From NCBI GenBank assembly GCA_964479465.1, contig CAYZMG010000003.1, forward strand, positions 56,812-120,811: a stretch of DNA of 64,000 bases. The letters are read 5' to 3'. Both the position numbers and the translations under genes were made by a program. Shown here in pieces: positions 46,194-55,405 of the stretch. The stretch's first letter is position 1; each line of letters opens with the position of its first letter. This DNA comes from an uncultured Acidimicrobiales bacterium (GTDB taxonomy: Bacteria; Actinomycetota; Acidimicrobiia; Acidimicrobiales; AC-14). The notes beneath the pieces were generated by a model. That model was not told where the DNA came from. It saw only the letters and a list, made by a program, of their open reading frames with translations, and did not search any database.

Positions 46194-46983
46194 GGCAGCG
46201 GCAGCCGCCGCCGGCCTTCAGGAACTCGCTGACGTCGACCACCTCCACGTCGAAGCCCCACGCCTCGAGCAGCCGCCCCACCCGGCGCGGGCACTGGGCC
46301 ATCACCACGGTGGAGCCGACCACCACCGAGTTGGCGCAGAAGCCCAACATCTCCTCGACCTCGAGGAAGAGGGGCTCGGGCACCAGGGCCTCGACCACCT
46401 TGCGGCCATAGCTGTCCCAGGCGTGGGGGGCGATCATGGCCCGGCGGTCGTCGAGGGGGCAGAACGTGAGGTCGAGGTGGTACAGGCGGGGGTCGACCAG
46501 CTCGATGGGGCGTACCGGCGCGCCCAGGAGGGTCGACAGGGGCCCGTGGGCGGCGGCGTCGGAGCGCGACCGGTACCCGGAGAGGAACACGCCCCGAAAA
46601 GGCAGGGCGTCGCCGGCCCCCTCGTGCCCGACGCCTTCGGGGAGCCAGGCCACGTCGTAGCCGTGGGCCGCGAACCAGGCGACGTCGTGGTCGACCTCGG
46701 CCTGGCGGTAGGGATGCCGGAACCGGCTGGGTACGAACCGGTTCCGGTTCACCGTGCCGGCGTTGGCGGTGAACACCAGGTCCGGAAGGTCGGGCTGGGG
46801 CTCCAGGAGCTCGACGCCGGCGCCGGCCTCGGTGAGGGTGGCCACGAGATCGCCCCACTGGCCTCGGGCCAGATCGAGGTCGACAGCCACCTCGCGGTTC
46901 ATCCACGGGTTGATCTCATAGAGCACCCCGAAGTGCTCGGGCGGGCACATGAGGAACCGCCGCCCCCAGGGCAGCGGGGTCAC
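46117..46983 (-). CDS. pentein-superfamily guanidino-group-modifying enzyme (amidinotransferase/DDAH/arginine dihydrolase-like)
   Basis: In ORF 46117..47301(-). GTG 46983 overlaps the upstream stop (GTGA). Carries RRFLMCPPEHFGVLYEINPWM, YHLDLTFCPL, and the catalytic-Cys region KAGGGCRCLTL. Confidence 0.75.
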   Translation of the reverse strand: MTPLPWGRRFLMCPPEHFGVLYEINPWMNREVAVDLDLARGQWGDLVATLTEAGAGVELLEPQPDLPDLVFTANAGTVNRNRFVPSRFRHPYRQAEVDHDVAWFAAHGYDVAWLPEGVGHEGAGDALPFRGVFLSGYRSRSDAAAHGPLSTLLGAPVRPIELVDPRLYHLDLTFCPLDDRRAMIAPHAWDSYGRKVVEALVPEPLFLEVEEMLGFCANSVVVGSTVVMAQCPRRVGRLLEAWGFDVEVVDVSEFLKAGGGCRCLTLALDVAIPAMDEPPPSTGTSAAR

Positions 46984-48191
46984 AGTAGGTGGTGGTTGAG
47001 GGTGTGCAGGAAAAGCCCGACATCGGTGACGATGCCGAGCGCCTGGTGGCTGCCCCGGTCGGCAAGCTTGGTGACCACCGCCTGGTTGATGTCGACGCAG
47101 TAGGTCTCCACGCCGGCGGGCAGCACGTTGCCGGTGGCGATGGCGTGGAGGGTCGAGGCCAGCATGAGGGCGACGGCCACGCCCGGCAGCTCGGCCCGCA
47201 TGGCGTCGGCCGCCTCGACCACGTTCGTGTACACGTCGGGCAGGGGCCCGTCGTCGCGGACCGAGCCGCCGAGGACGAACGGCACGCCGTGCTGCACGCA
47301 CTCGTACATGACCCCGCCGGTGATGTAGCCGTCGGCTACGGCGGCGGCGATCGACCCCCGCCGGCGCACCTCGTTGATCACCCGCAGGTGGTTGGCGTGG
47401 CCGCCCTCGGGCGGCAGGTCGTCGCCGAGGGGCACGCCCAGCGACGTGCCCAGCACGTTCGACTCGATGTCGTGGGTCGCGAAGCCGTTGCCGGCGAAGA
47501 GCACGTCGATGATCCCGGTACGGACCAGGTCGGCGACGGCGGGGCCGGCGCCGGTGTGGATCACCGCCGGCCCGCAGACGGCCAGAACCTTGCCCCCGCC
47601 GGCCTTGGCTGCCTTGATCCGCTCGGCCACCCGGGCGACGAGCTGCTCCTTGGGCTTCTCTGACGACACGTCGGAGCTCATGAACTCGAAGGGGTTGGCG
47701 CCCCGGGGCCGATCGAGGGGCTGCACCCGCACGCCGGTGCGGCCCACGACGACCGGGTCGCCGGCGTGGACCCGGTGCATGGGCACGGTGCGCACCCGCC
47801 CGTCGGGGCGCACGACGAGCGCGCAGTCCATCTCCGGGTTCTCCACGTCGACCCAGTGGCCGCCGATCCGCACCTGGGTCGGAAGGTTGGTGGTGCTGTA
47901 GAAGCCCTCGGGCAGGACGCCGTCGGTGTCCGCCGGCTCGGTGACCGCGTCGCCCTGGGCCACCGCGTTGGCCCCGTGGATCTGGAGCTCGGCGAGGAGG
48001 GCGGCCAGGGCCTCGTCGTCAGCGGCGGTGATCTCGATGCGGACGTGGCTCGAGTCGAGGCTGGTACGCCCGATGTTCACGTCGACCATGCGGTAGTCGG
48101 CGCCGGCGTCGATGATGACGTCCAGCACCTTGGCGAGGATGAGGGAGTCGATGATGTGACCGTCGACCTCGACGACCTCATTGACAGTCAT
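46980..48191 (-). CDS. TIGR00300 / LOR-SDH-conserved-region family protein (ornithine cyclodeaminase-like, archaeal type)
   Basis: ORF 46980..48191(-). Carries EVDGHIIDSLILAKVLDVI, FEFMSSDVSSEKPK and LFAGNGFATHDIE. Confidence 0.75.
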   Translation of the reverse strand: MTVNEVVEVDGHIIDSLILAKVLDVIIDAGADYRMVDVNIGRTSLDSSHVRIEITAADDEALAALLAELQIHGANAVAQGDAVTEPADTDGVLPEGFYSTTNLPTQVRIGGHWVDVENPEMDCALVVRPDGRVRTVPMHRVHAGDPVVVGRTGVRVQPLDRPRGANPFEFMSSDVSSEKPKEQLVARVAERIKAAKAGGGKVLAVCGPAVIHTGAGPAVADLVRTGIIDVLFAGNGFATHDIESNVLGTSLGVPLGDDLPPEGGHANHLRVINEVRRRGSIAAAVADGYITGGVMYECVQHGVPFVLGGSVRDDGPLPDVYTNVVEAADAMRAELPGVAVALMLASTLHAIATGNVLPAGVETYCVDINQAVVTKLADRGSHQALGIVTDVGLFLHTLNHHLL

Positions 48192-49330
48192 TCCTGCACC
48201 GCGACCGGGCGGTCGGGCTCGTCGGGGTCGTCATTCCGGACGACTTTGGACAGTGGTATCTCGTCGCTTCCGATCGTCGGCTCGTCCTTTAACCGGCCGA
48301 CTCTCTCATCCCAGAGGTCACGGGCGATGACCTGGATCACGCCGGCGGCGGGGATGGCGAGCAGGGCCCCGAGGAAGCCGAGCAGCTCGACACCGATCAG
48401 CACGCTGACCAGGACGAAGAGCTGGTTGATGTGGACGGTCTTGGACATGATCGCCACCTGGAGCACGTGGTTCTCGAACTGCTGGTAGATCACGTAGAAG
48501 ATGAGCATGCCGACGCCGGCGCTGGTGGAGTGCAGGAAGGCCACGCCGATGGTGGGGATGGCGCCGAGGGTGGCCCCGACGAGGGGGATGAGGTCGGTGA
48601 AGGCGGTCCACAGCGCCAGCACGGCGGCGAATGGGACACCGAAGATGAGCAGGGCGACGAAGGTCAGCGTCCCGGCGATCACACTGATCAGCAGGTTGCC
48701 CATGACGTAGCCGGTCAGGGCGCGGGCGCAGTCCGACGCCACCGCCTTGATCCGCCTCCGGTTCGTCGGATTGAAGGCGGCGAGGCTGGTCGCCAGGATT
48801 TCGGGGCCGTACAACACCATGAGCAGCGTGAGCACCAGCACGGTGAGGCCCGACACCACCCCACCCAGCACCTTGCCGGCGACCCTGAGCGCCCCGCCGC
48901 CCGCGTTGGCCAGGCTTTCCTCGATCCCGGCCTGAGCGTCGCGCAGGCGCTCGTCGAGGTTGTATCGCTTGACCAGGTCCCCGGCGGGCCCCCGGCCCTC
49001 CCGGGCCTCGCTGACGTAGGTGGGGAAGTTGTCGGCGAACTCGCGGCCCTCGTCCACCAGCGGGCTGATGAAGATGTAGAGCATGGCAGAGACGACGGCG
49101 ATGCCGGCGACGAAGACGATGGCCGTCGACAGGCCCCGGCTCACGTGGAGCTTGCGGCGGAGGAGGTCGACCGCCGGCGTGAGCACAATGGCGAAGAAGG
49201 CGGCCACCACCAAGAGGGTCAAAATGTGGGCCAACATGACGATGGCCCGCAGGGTGAGGTAGGTGGCCACCACCAGGGCAATGCCGACGAGCATTGTGCG
49301 TACGGGCACCGGCTGTCGCTCGTCCGTCAC
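48188..49330 (-). CDS. AI-2E (PerM/YhhT) family transporter
   Basis: ORF 48188..49330(-). Multi-TM protein with the conserved C-terminal region IPLVGATLGAIP…LGALLAIPAAG. It has a 4-nt overlap with the downstream gene. Confidence 0.85.
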   Translation of the reverse strand: MTDERQPVPVRTMLVGIALVVATYLTLRAIVMLAHILTLLVVAAFFAIVLTPAVDLLRRKLHVSRGLSTAIVFVAGIAVVSAMLYIFISPLVDEGREFADNFPTYVSEAREGRGPAGDLVKRYNLDERLRDAQAGIEESLANAGGGALRVAGKVLGGVVSGLTVLVLTLLMVLYGPEILATSLAAFNPTNRRRIKAVASDCARALTGYVMGNLLISVIAGTLTFVALLIFGVPFAAVLALWTAFTDLIPLVGATLGAIPTIGVAFLHSTSAGVGMLIFYVIYQQFENHVLQVAIMSKTVHINQLFVLVSVLIGVELLGFLGALLAIPAAGVIQVIARDLWDERVGRLKDEPTIGSDEIPLSKVVRNDDPDEPDRPVAVQE

Positions 49331-49368
49331 GGCCCGGACTTTATCCAGGGGGTACTGTTCCGCTCGTC

Positions 49369-49683
49369 ATGGGCCAGCTGATCACCATCTCCCGGAAGGC
49401 GTCGATTCGTCCCGACGTCGCCATCTTCGAGCTCAACCGCAGCCTCACCGGCATGGGTCACGAGCGCTACAAGTCGGCCGCCGACGCCGTGCGTTCGCGG
49501 CCGGTGGACGAGCTGGCCCGACGGCTGTTCGGGGCCGGCGGCGTGGACGGCGTGCACATCTACTCGAACGTGGTCACCGTCGACTTGGCGCCGGGAGCGA
49601 CCGCCGACGGCATGGAGCAGATCATCCGCGACCTGTTCACCTACTACCGCCCGGGTGTGGAGGTCGCCGAGCCCACGGCCTGA
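49369..49683 (+). CDS. NifU-N-terminal (Nfu_N)-like small protein
   Basis: In ORF 49294..49683(+), ATG 49369 (MGQLITISRKASIRPDVAIFELNRSL…VHIYSNVVTVDL). The family call is moderate. Confidence 0.55.
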   Translation: MGQLITISRKASIRPDVAIFELNRSLTGMGHERYKSAADAVRSRPVDELARRLFGAGGVDGVHIYSNVVTVDLAPGATADGMEQIIRDLFTYYRPGVEVAEPTA

Positions 49684-49695
49684 CCAGTGCACAGG

Positions 49696-49709
49696 CGAAC
49701 ATATGTTCG
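49696..49709. promoter_or_regulatory. LexA (SOS) box upstream of imuA'
   Basis: CGAACATATGTTCG matches the actinobacterial TCGAAC-N4-GTTCGA consensus. It lies 15-50 nt upstream of the candidate imuA' starts. Confidence 0.7.
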
Positions 49710-49760
49710 TCTAGACTGGCCGGCGTGGCAGTCGCCGTCGCCCAACTCGTGCCAGTCGCG

Positions 49761-50390
49761 ATGGCAGGTGAGCGGTTGCTGCCGGTGCTCGGGCCGCTGG
49801 AGCCGCTGTTCCCGACCCGGGGTCTGAAGCGGGGATCGGTGGTGTCGGTCACGGGGGCGACGTCGCTGGCCCTTTCGCTGCTGGCGGCGGCATCGGCCCA
49901 GGGATCGTGGTGCGCGGCGGTGGGCATGCCGGCGCTGGGGCTGGCGGCCGCCGCCGAGCTGGGGGTGGCGCTGGAGCGGTTCCCGCTTGTGCCGTCGCCC
50001 GGGCGGGCGGCCGGCGCCGGCGGCTGGACCTGGGTGGTGGCCGCCCTCATCGACGCCTGCGACGTGGTGATGGCCCGGCCGCCCCGGCGGTTGGCCGGCG
50101 CCGATGCCCGTCGGCTCACCGCCCGGGTCCGGGAGCGGGGGGCGGTGCTGGTGGTCGCCGGCCAGTGGCCGGAGGCGGCCGAGGTGCAGCTCACCGTGGG
50201 GTCGTCGATTTGGGAGGGGCTGGGGCAGGGCCACGGCCGGCTGCTGGGCCGGCGGCTGGAGGTGGTGGCCGGCGGCAGGGGGGCGGCGGCACGGGAGCGG
50301 CGGGTCTCTTTGTGGCTGCCACACCCCGAAGGAGGTCTGCGGGAGGTGGTCGATGAGCGGCGTGCGCACGCTCGTCGTGTGGTGTCCTGA
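49761..50390 (+). CDS. imuA': ImuA'-like SOS mutasome accessory protein
   Basis: Frame of ORF 49263..50390(+), starting at ATG 49761 (or GTG 49725). Carries LLPVLGPLEPLFPTRGLKRGSVVSVTG…WCAAVGMPALG. Its position between a LexA box and imuB is characteristic. Confidence 0.65.
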   Translation: MAGERLLPVLGPLEPLFPTRGLKRGSVVSVTGATSLALSLLAAASAQGSWCAAVGMPALGLAAAAELGVALERFPLVPSPGRAAGAGGWTWVVAALIDACDVVMARPPRRLAGADARRLTARVRERGAVLVVAGQWPEAAEVQLTVGSSIWEGLGQGHGRLLGRRLEVVAGGRGAAARERRVSLWLPHPEGGLREVVDERRAHARRVVS

Positions 50391-51885
50391 CTGGCCGGTG
50401 GTGGCCGCCGGCCTGTGCTCGGTCCCCTCGGCGGTGCTGGCCACCGGCCGGGTGGTGGCGTGCTCGGCCGTCGCCAGGGCCGAAGGGGTGGCCCGGGGCC
50501 TGCGCCGGCGCCAGGCCGAGGCTCGCTGCCCCGGGCTGGCGGTAGTCGACCACGACCCGGCCGCCGACGCCCGGGCCTTCGAGCCGGTGGTCACCGCCGT
50601 CGAGGCGTTCACCCCTGATGTGGAGATCGTCCGCCCGGGGGTGTGCGCGATGGCCACGCGGGGGCCGTCGCGCTACTTCGGGGGCGACGACGCCTTGGTG
50701 GGCCTGGTGGCGGCCGCAGTCGACGATGCGTTGCCGAAGGGGGCGCCGGCGGGCCGGGTCGGGGTGGCCGACGGGCCCTTCGCCGCCGAGCGGGCGGCCC
50801 GGGCCGGCGTGGTGGTGCCAGCGGGGTCGAGTGCGGCGTTCCTCGCCGGGTTCCCGGTGTCGACGTTGTCATTCCGTTCGGCCACGGAGGCTGGCGGCGT
50901 CGACCTGGCCGATCTACTCGTCCGCCTGGGCATCCGCACCCTCGGCCAGCTGGCCGAGCTGCCGGCGCCAGCGGTGCTGGCCCGCTTCGGGCCGGCGGGG
51001 GCGGCGGCGCACCGGCTGGCCCGAGGCCTCGACGAGCGGCCGCTGGCCGCCAGGGTCCCCCCGCTCGACCTCACCGTGATGGCCGAGCTCGACCCGCCGG
51101 CCGACAGGCTGGAGACCGCCGCCTTCGTGGCCAAGGGCCTGGCCGACCGCCTGCACGAGGGCCTGACCGTCCAGGGTTTGGCCGCGACCCGGGTGCTGGT
51201 GGAGGCGGAGTGGGAGCACGGGGAGCGCATGGGCCGGCGATGGCGCCTTGATGGCAACGGTGGGCGGGGGGCGGCAGCGCTGGCCGAACGGGTGCGGTGG
51301 CAGCTCGACGGCTGGATGACCTCGGTGGCTGAGCGGCCGTCGGGGGGCCTGACCCTCCTGCGGCTGGTGCCCGAGGAGGTCCGTCCCGACGACGGCCGCC
51401 AGCTCGGCTTCTGGGGTGGCGACCGGGCCGCGGCGGAGCGGGTGGCGCGGGCGTTGGCCCGGGTCCAGGGCATGCTCGGCCCCGAGTCGGTGGTGACGGC
51501 GGTGCCGGCCGGCGGCCGCAGCCCGGCCGAGCAGGTGCGGCTCGTCCCGTGGGGGGAGCGCCCGCCGGCCCTCCCGCTTTCGGCCGCTCGGGCCGCCGGT
51601 GCGGCCGGAGAGCCGCCGTGGCCGGGGCGCATCCCGTCGCCCTTGCCGGCCACCGTCCACCCGGTCCCGGTGCCGGCCGAGGTGGCTGACACCCAGGTGT
51701 CGGTGGCGGGAGGAAGGTGGTCGGCGGTGACGGCGTGGGCCGGGCCGTGGCCGGTCGACGAGCGCTGGTGGGACGACGCCGCCCACCGCCGGCGGGCCCG
51801 CTGGCAGGTGATCACCGCGGAGGGGACCGGCCATCTCCTGTCGCAGGAGGGCGACCGTTGGGAGGTGGAGGCGACCTACGACTGA
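50353..51885 (+). CDS. imuB: ImuB, Y-family-polymerase-like mutasome subunit
   Basis: Frame of ORF 50104..51885(+), ATG 50353 (MSGVRTLVVWCPDWPVVAAG…VARAEGVARGLRRRQAEARCP…). Confidence 0.8.
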   Translation: MSGVRTLVVWCPDWPVVAAGLCSVPSAVLATGRVVACSAVARAEGVARGLRRRQAEARCPGLAVVDHDPAADARAFEPVVTAVEAFTPDVEIVRPGVCAMATRGPSRYFGGDDALVGLVAAAVDDALPKGAPAGRVGVADGPFAAERAARAGVVVPAGSSAAFLAGFPVSTLSFRSATEAGGVDLADLLVRLGIRTLGQLAELPAPAVLARFGPAGAAAHRLARGLDERPLAARVPPLDLTVMAELDPPADRLETAAFVAKGLADRLHEGLTVQGLAATRVLVEAEWEHGERMGRRWRLDGNGGRGAAALAERVRWQLDGWMTSVAERPSGGLTLLRLVPEEVRPDDGRQLGFWGGDRAAAERVARALARVQGMLGPESVVTAVPAGGRSPAEQVRLVPWGERPPALPLSAARAAGAAGEPPWPGRIPSPLPATVHPVPVPAEVADTQVSVAGGRWSAVTAWAGPWPVDERWWDDAAHRRRARWQVITAEGTGHLLSQEGDRWEVEATYD

Positions 51886-51966
51886 ATGTATGTGCAGTCT
51901 GCATCTATTGAAAGCAACGTCACACCCCGATAAACCGGCTGGGAGGTTTTCAGTATCCGGGGGGTC

Positions 51967-53583
51967 ATGAGGATGAGTTCGACCATGCGGCGATTGTCCG
52001 CGGCGTGCGTCCTGGCCGTGGTGGCCGGGGCGTGCGGCAGCTCCACAGCCGGCAAGGGCCCGGCCACCGCCTCGTCCGCCGTCCAGGTCAACCGGACGGG
52101 GGAGATCCTTCCCCTGACCCGGGACGAGGAAGGGCCGGCGCTCCTGGTGGACAAGGATGATCCCAACACCGTCTACCTGGCGTACACGGAGATGATCTCG
52201 GGCGCCTGCAAGTTCTCGGTGTCCACCGACCGGGGGGCGACGTGGCGCTCCGAGAACGCACCAGTCCTCGAGCCGTACACGAAGAACTGCGCCATGGGCA
52301 CCTCCGGCCCGCAGAACCTTCGCAACGAGCTGGTGCAAGGCCCGGACGGCACGATCTACTACGTCTTCCAGGCGAACGCGGCCGATCGCAACGGTTCGCG
52401 TAGCGTCCTGCTTGGGCGTTCATCCGATGGTGGACGGTCGTGGGACACCGTCCCGATCGATCCCGGCGCGCGCGCTCCAGAACCCGGAGTCATGAAGGAG
52501 GTCAACTTCGAGGGCCACATCGCTCTCGACCCGGCAAACCCCCAGCGGCTCTATGCCATGTGGCGACGTTCGTTCAACGGCCACCCGAATCCTCCGGGTA
52601 ACCCGCCAACCCGCCCGCACATGGCCATATCGGACGACGGCGGAGAGAGTTGGTCGCCGCCGCAGCGGATGTTCGAACGCAACAGCGGCTTCGACGGGCC
52701 CCGCCCCGTGGTGGTGGGCGACCGGCTGTGGGCGTTCTGGCGTGAGTCGGCCCCGCCCACGCCGACCGCGGGCGCGGCGCCGCTCCCGTCGCCGCCCGTG
52801 ACCAAGCTGTTCGCCAGCGTGTCGACCGACGAGGGCAGGACGTGGACCGACCACGAGATCACCAACGCCAACGACGCCAGTGAGCCCATCGTGGCCTACG
52901 ACCGGGAGCGGGGCCTGTTCCACGTGGTGTGGCACGACAACCGGGCCGACGAACTGGACGCGTATTACTCGTCGTCCCGGGACGGCGAGACGTGGGCGCA
53001 GCCGAAGCGCCTGAACGACGACCCCGAGGGCACCAAGTACGGCCAGCACTACCCGCAGATCTCGATGTCTCCGAACGGCCGGCTCGACGTGGCCTGGTAC
53101 GACTGGCGAGAGGACCCCTTCCCGCCGTCCACCGTCGGCAACGGCCAGACCCTCAGCCTGTTCTCCAACCGGGGCAAGTTCGCAGCGGTCTACATGACCA
53201 GCTCGCGGGACGGCGGGGCCACATGGACGCCGAACGTGCGGGTCAACGACGTCCCCATCGACCGCACGATCGGGTCATGGATCAACAACATGGATGTGAT
53301 GGCCCCGCTGGCAGTTGCGTCGTCCAATGAGGGCGCCATCGTGGCCTGGTCCGACACCCGCAACGGCAACACCATCAGCAACACCCAGGACATCTTCACC
53401 GGCACCGTCACCTTCGGGGACGCCGACGTCCGCCGGGTCACCGGCTTCCAGGCCGGCGTCGTCGGCGTCCTTATCGGCCTCGGCCTAGCGATGTGCCTCG
53501 CCCTGCTCATGAGCCGCCGCCAAAACCCGCCGGCCGACCTCCCACCGAAGCGCGTGGCCAAGGAGCCGGCGCCGGTGAAGTAG
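51967..53583 (+). CDS. BNR/Asp-box repeat (sialidase-fold) lipoprotein with C-terminal TM anchor
   Basis: ORF 51967..53583(+). Lipobox VVAGACGS. It has six Asp-box-like repeats: STDRGATW, SSDGGRSW, SDDGGESW, STDEGRTW, SRDGETW and SRDGGATW. Confidence 0.75.
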   Translation: MRMSSTMRRLSAACVLAVVAGACGSSTAGKGPATASSAVQVNRTGEILPLTRDEEGPALLVDKDDPNTVYLAYTEMISGACKFSVSTDRGATWRSENAPVLEPYTKNCAMGTSGPQNLRNELVQGPDGTIYYVFQANAADRNGSRSVLLGRSSDGGRSWDTVPIDPGARAPEPGVMKEVNFEGHIALDPANPQRLYAMWRRSFNGHPNPPGNPPTRPHMAISDDGGESWSPPQRMFERNSGFDGPRPVVVGDRLWAFWRESAPPTPTAGAAPLPSPPVTKLFASVSTDEGRTWTDHEITNANDASEPIVAYDRERGLFHVVWHDNRADELDAYYSSSRDGETWAQPKRLNDDPEGTKYGQHYPQISMSPNGRLDVAWYDWREDPFPPSTVGNGQTLSLFSNRGKFAAVYMTSSRDGGATWTPNVRVNDVPIDRTIGSWINNMDVMAPLAVASSNEGAIVAWSDTRNGNTISNTQDIFTGTVTFGDADVRRVTGFQAGVVGVLIGLGLAMCLALLMSRRQNPPADLPPKRVAKEPAPVK

Positions 53584-53627
53584 CGCGCCGCCGGCCGAAG
53601 GGCGCTGGCCGGCGCCGGGAAGTCGGC

Positions 53628-53860
53628 TGTGCATTGTTGTACCTCAAAGGTACAAGAATGCACACTCAGCTGCCGGCGGGCCGGCGACCGAATCGCTCGC
53701 CGGCGGGGCGGGGGGCGCATTGCTTACCGCCGAGAGGTACAAGAATGCACACAAACTCGGTGGCGGACCGCCGCCGGAGTCGAGTGTGCATTTTTCGGTC
53801 CCAGAGACGTAACTTTGCACACTCGATGGCTGGCGGCACCTCCGCGGGTCCGAGTCTGCT
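53628..53860. repeat. three tandem, progressively degenerate hairpin units in a convergent intergenic region
   Basis: Unit 1 (53628-53664) is TGTGCATTGTTGTACC-TCAAA-GGTACAAGAATGCACA: 16-nt arms with one mismatch and a 5-nt loop. Unit 2 is at 53715-53752 and unit 3 at 53784-53822. All three share TGCA…GGTACAAGAATGCACAC-type cores and similar GC-rich tails. Confidence 0.85.
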
Positions 53861-53875
53861 GCGAAAGTCGAGTAG

Positions 53876-54721
53876 CTATCGCCCAATAACGGCTTGAATT
53901 TGCTGGACTGGAAAGTCTTCGATTCGGCCATCGGTTTGCAGGTCGCGAAGGACGCCGGTTTGACCTCCTAACCGCCACGTTGCGGACCATCGTTCCACCA
54001 CGACTATGTCGTAGTGACCGACGTTCTGGTATTGGTGAGTGATTTGACCGTCCGGCCAAGGTTCACCCTCGGACGCGTGGGGACCACTCGTCTCGCCGTC
54101 TCCCCAATCGACTGTGTAGCTCCCCGTCGCCACAATCTCGAGCGGGCCGAATACGGTGGTGTTCCTATAGACATGCCTCGTTTGTCCGTTCGTTTCCAGA
54201 TAGGCGACCTTGCCAGTGATGGCGCGGCCCGGAGCAATCTGCGGAACCGGTGTCGGCAGTACAACATCCTCCCAGTGACGTCTTGCGACCATTGCAGGCG
54301 TCTCGACCGGACCGATCTGTCCTGGGGCAGGCGCCTCTGGCGGACAGGGAGGTGCGGTCCAATAAAGACTGCTTGAGTTCCCTGGGCCTTCGTCGGCTTC
54401 ACTGGGTCCCTGCACTGGGATTGGCTGAGGCGTTCCCGCTTCATAGTACGCGGTCCCGATACATGCCTCACCGTCGGGTCCGACTTGTATCTTGTCATAT
54501 GGTAGATAGGTCTTGACGGGCCCGGATGTCGTCCCCTGTGACCCGCCACCTCCGCTGGTCTGAACCACCTGCGGCGCCGTCGCGGTGGAAGATTCAGAGC
54601 CTCCGCACCGGGATGTCGACGGCGTTATCTGAACGCAGGTCGGTAGAACTGTTGGCTGGGCTGGCGCCGGGGATGTTTGGAACAAAAGGAACAGTACCAA
54701 AAGGATACTCACAGAGGACAT
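53876..54721 (-). CDS. secreted hypothetical protein with PKD-like C-terminal motif; low-GC gene
   Basis: In ORF 53876..54775(-), ATG 54721 (MSSVSILLVLFLLFQTSPAPA signal). The C-terminus TVDWGDGETSG…HQYQNVGHYDIVV resembles the PKD WxxGDG…HxYxxxGxY pattern. Confidence 0.55.
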   Translation of the reverse strand: MSSVSILLVLFLLFQTSPAPAQPTVLPTCVQITPSTSRCGGSESSTATAPQVVQTSGGGGSQGTTSGPVKTYLPYDKIQVGPDGEACIGTAYYEAGTPQPIPVQGPSEADEGPGNSSSLYWTAPPCPPEAPAPGQIGPVETPAMVARRHWEDVVLPTPVPQIAPGRAITGKVAYLETNGQTRHVYRNTTVFGPLEIVATGSYTVDWGDGETSGPHASEGEPWPDGQITHQYQNVGHYDIVVVERWSATWRLGGQTGVLRDLQTDGRIEDFPVQQIQAVIGR

Positions 54722-55365
54722 GGATTCGCTGGTTGTGATCCGTCGGGGGTAAAACCGTCGTAGATCATTGCCCACAGTGTGCGATTGTATTGGTGTGGAT
54801 CACGCGACGGCTCTAGTGGTCTCAGGGCAACCCACTGCGGATCTGCTGTACCTGCGTCCGGAGACATGGCCGAAAAGTCGCGCTGGATTCTTACGAAGAT
54901 GCAGCTGGGCTGGGCGGTAATTATACGGGTAACGGTTGAAACTCTGTTACCAGGGTTTGGCTTGTAGCCACTTAAGTTCTTGCGTATCTCGTCTTCGACC
55001 GAATCGACTACGAGCTGCAAGAGACGATTCTCTCCGTATATCGACCGGAGCCGGTCATATACATCGGCTGTGATGGTCTGAGAGCGGACTAAGGTCCGAC
55101 CAGCATCCCCCATTACGTGGTCCAACCCAGCAAGTACCCGGTTGATGTAAGCAACGTCGATTACCGCCGGCACGGCGTAGGGATTCGTTGTCGTTGTCGC
55201 CGGCGGGAGTGTGGCGAGGGTCGGGTTTGAGTGGGGCGGGTCGGTCGCCACTGTCGGGTTGGCGCCGGCGCTGCCCTTGTCCGCCCCGCCCCCCGAGCAG
55301 GCGGCGGACGCGAGGAGAGACGCCGTCACCAGTGCCGCTCGGATCGCCGTCCGCCTTACCACCAC
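54709..55365 (-). CDS. hypothetical lipoprotein; low-GC gene
   Basis: ORF 54709..55365(-). Lipobox LLASAACSGG. No family recognised. Confidence 0.55.
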   Translation of the reverse strand: MVVRRTAIRAALVTASLLASAACSGGGADKGSAGANPTVATDPPHSNPTLATLPPATTTTNPYAVPAVIDVAYINRVLAGLDHVMGDAGRTLVRSQTITADVYDRLRSIYGENRLLQLVVDSVEDEIRKNLSGYKPNPGNRVSTVTRIITAQPSCIFVRIQRDFSAMSPDAGTADPQWVALRPLEPSRDPHQYNRTLWAMIYDGFTPDGSQPANPCPL

Positions 55366-55405
55366 AGCAAAGTCATATCAGCCCATTTCATCCCTGGCAA
55401 GGGGG

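Noticed and set aside
53628-53860. Possible mini-CRISPR array
   Set aside because: The units are degenerate rather than near-identical and their spacing is irregular (about 86 then 71 bp). The 'spacers' are themselves related to each other, and no cas genes lie nearby.
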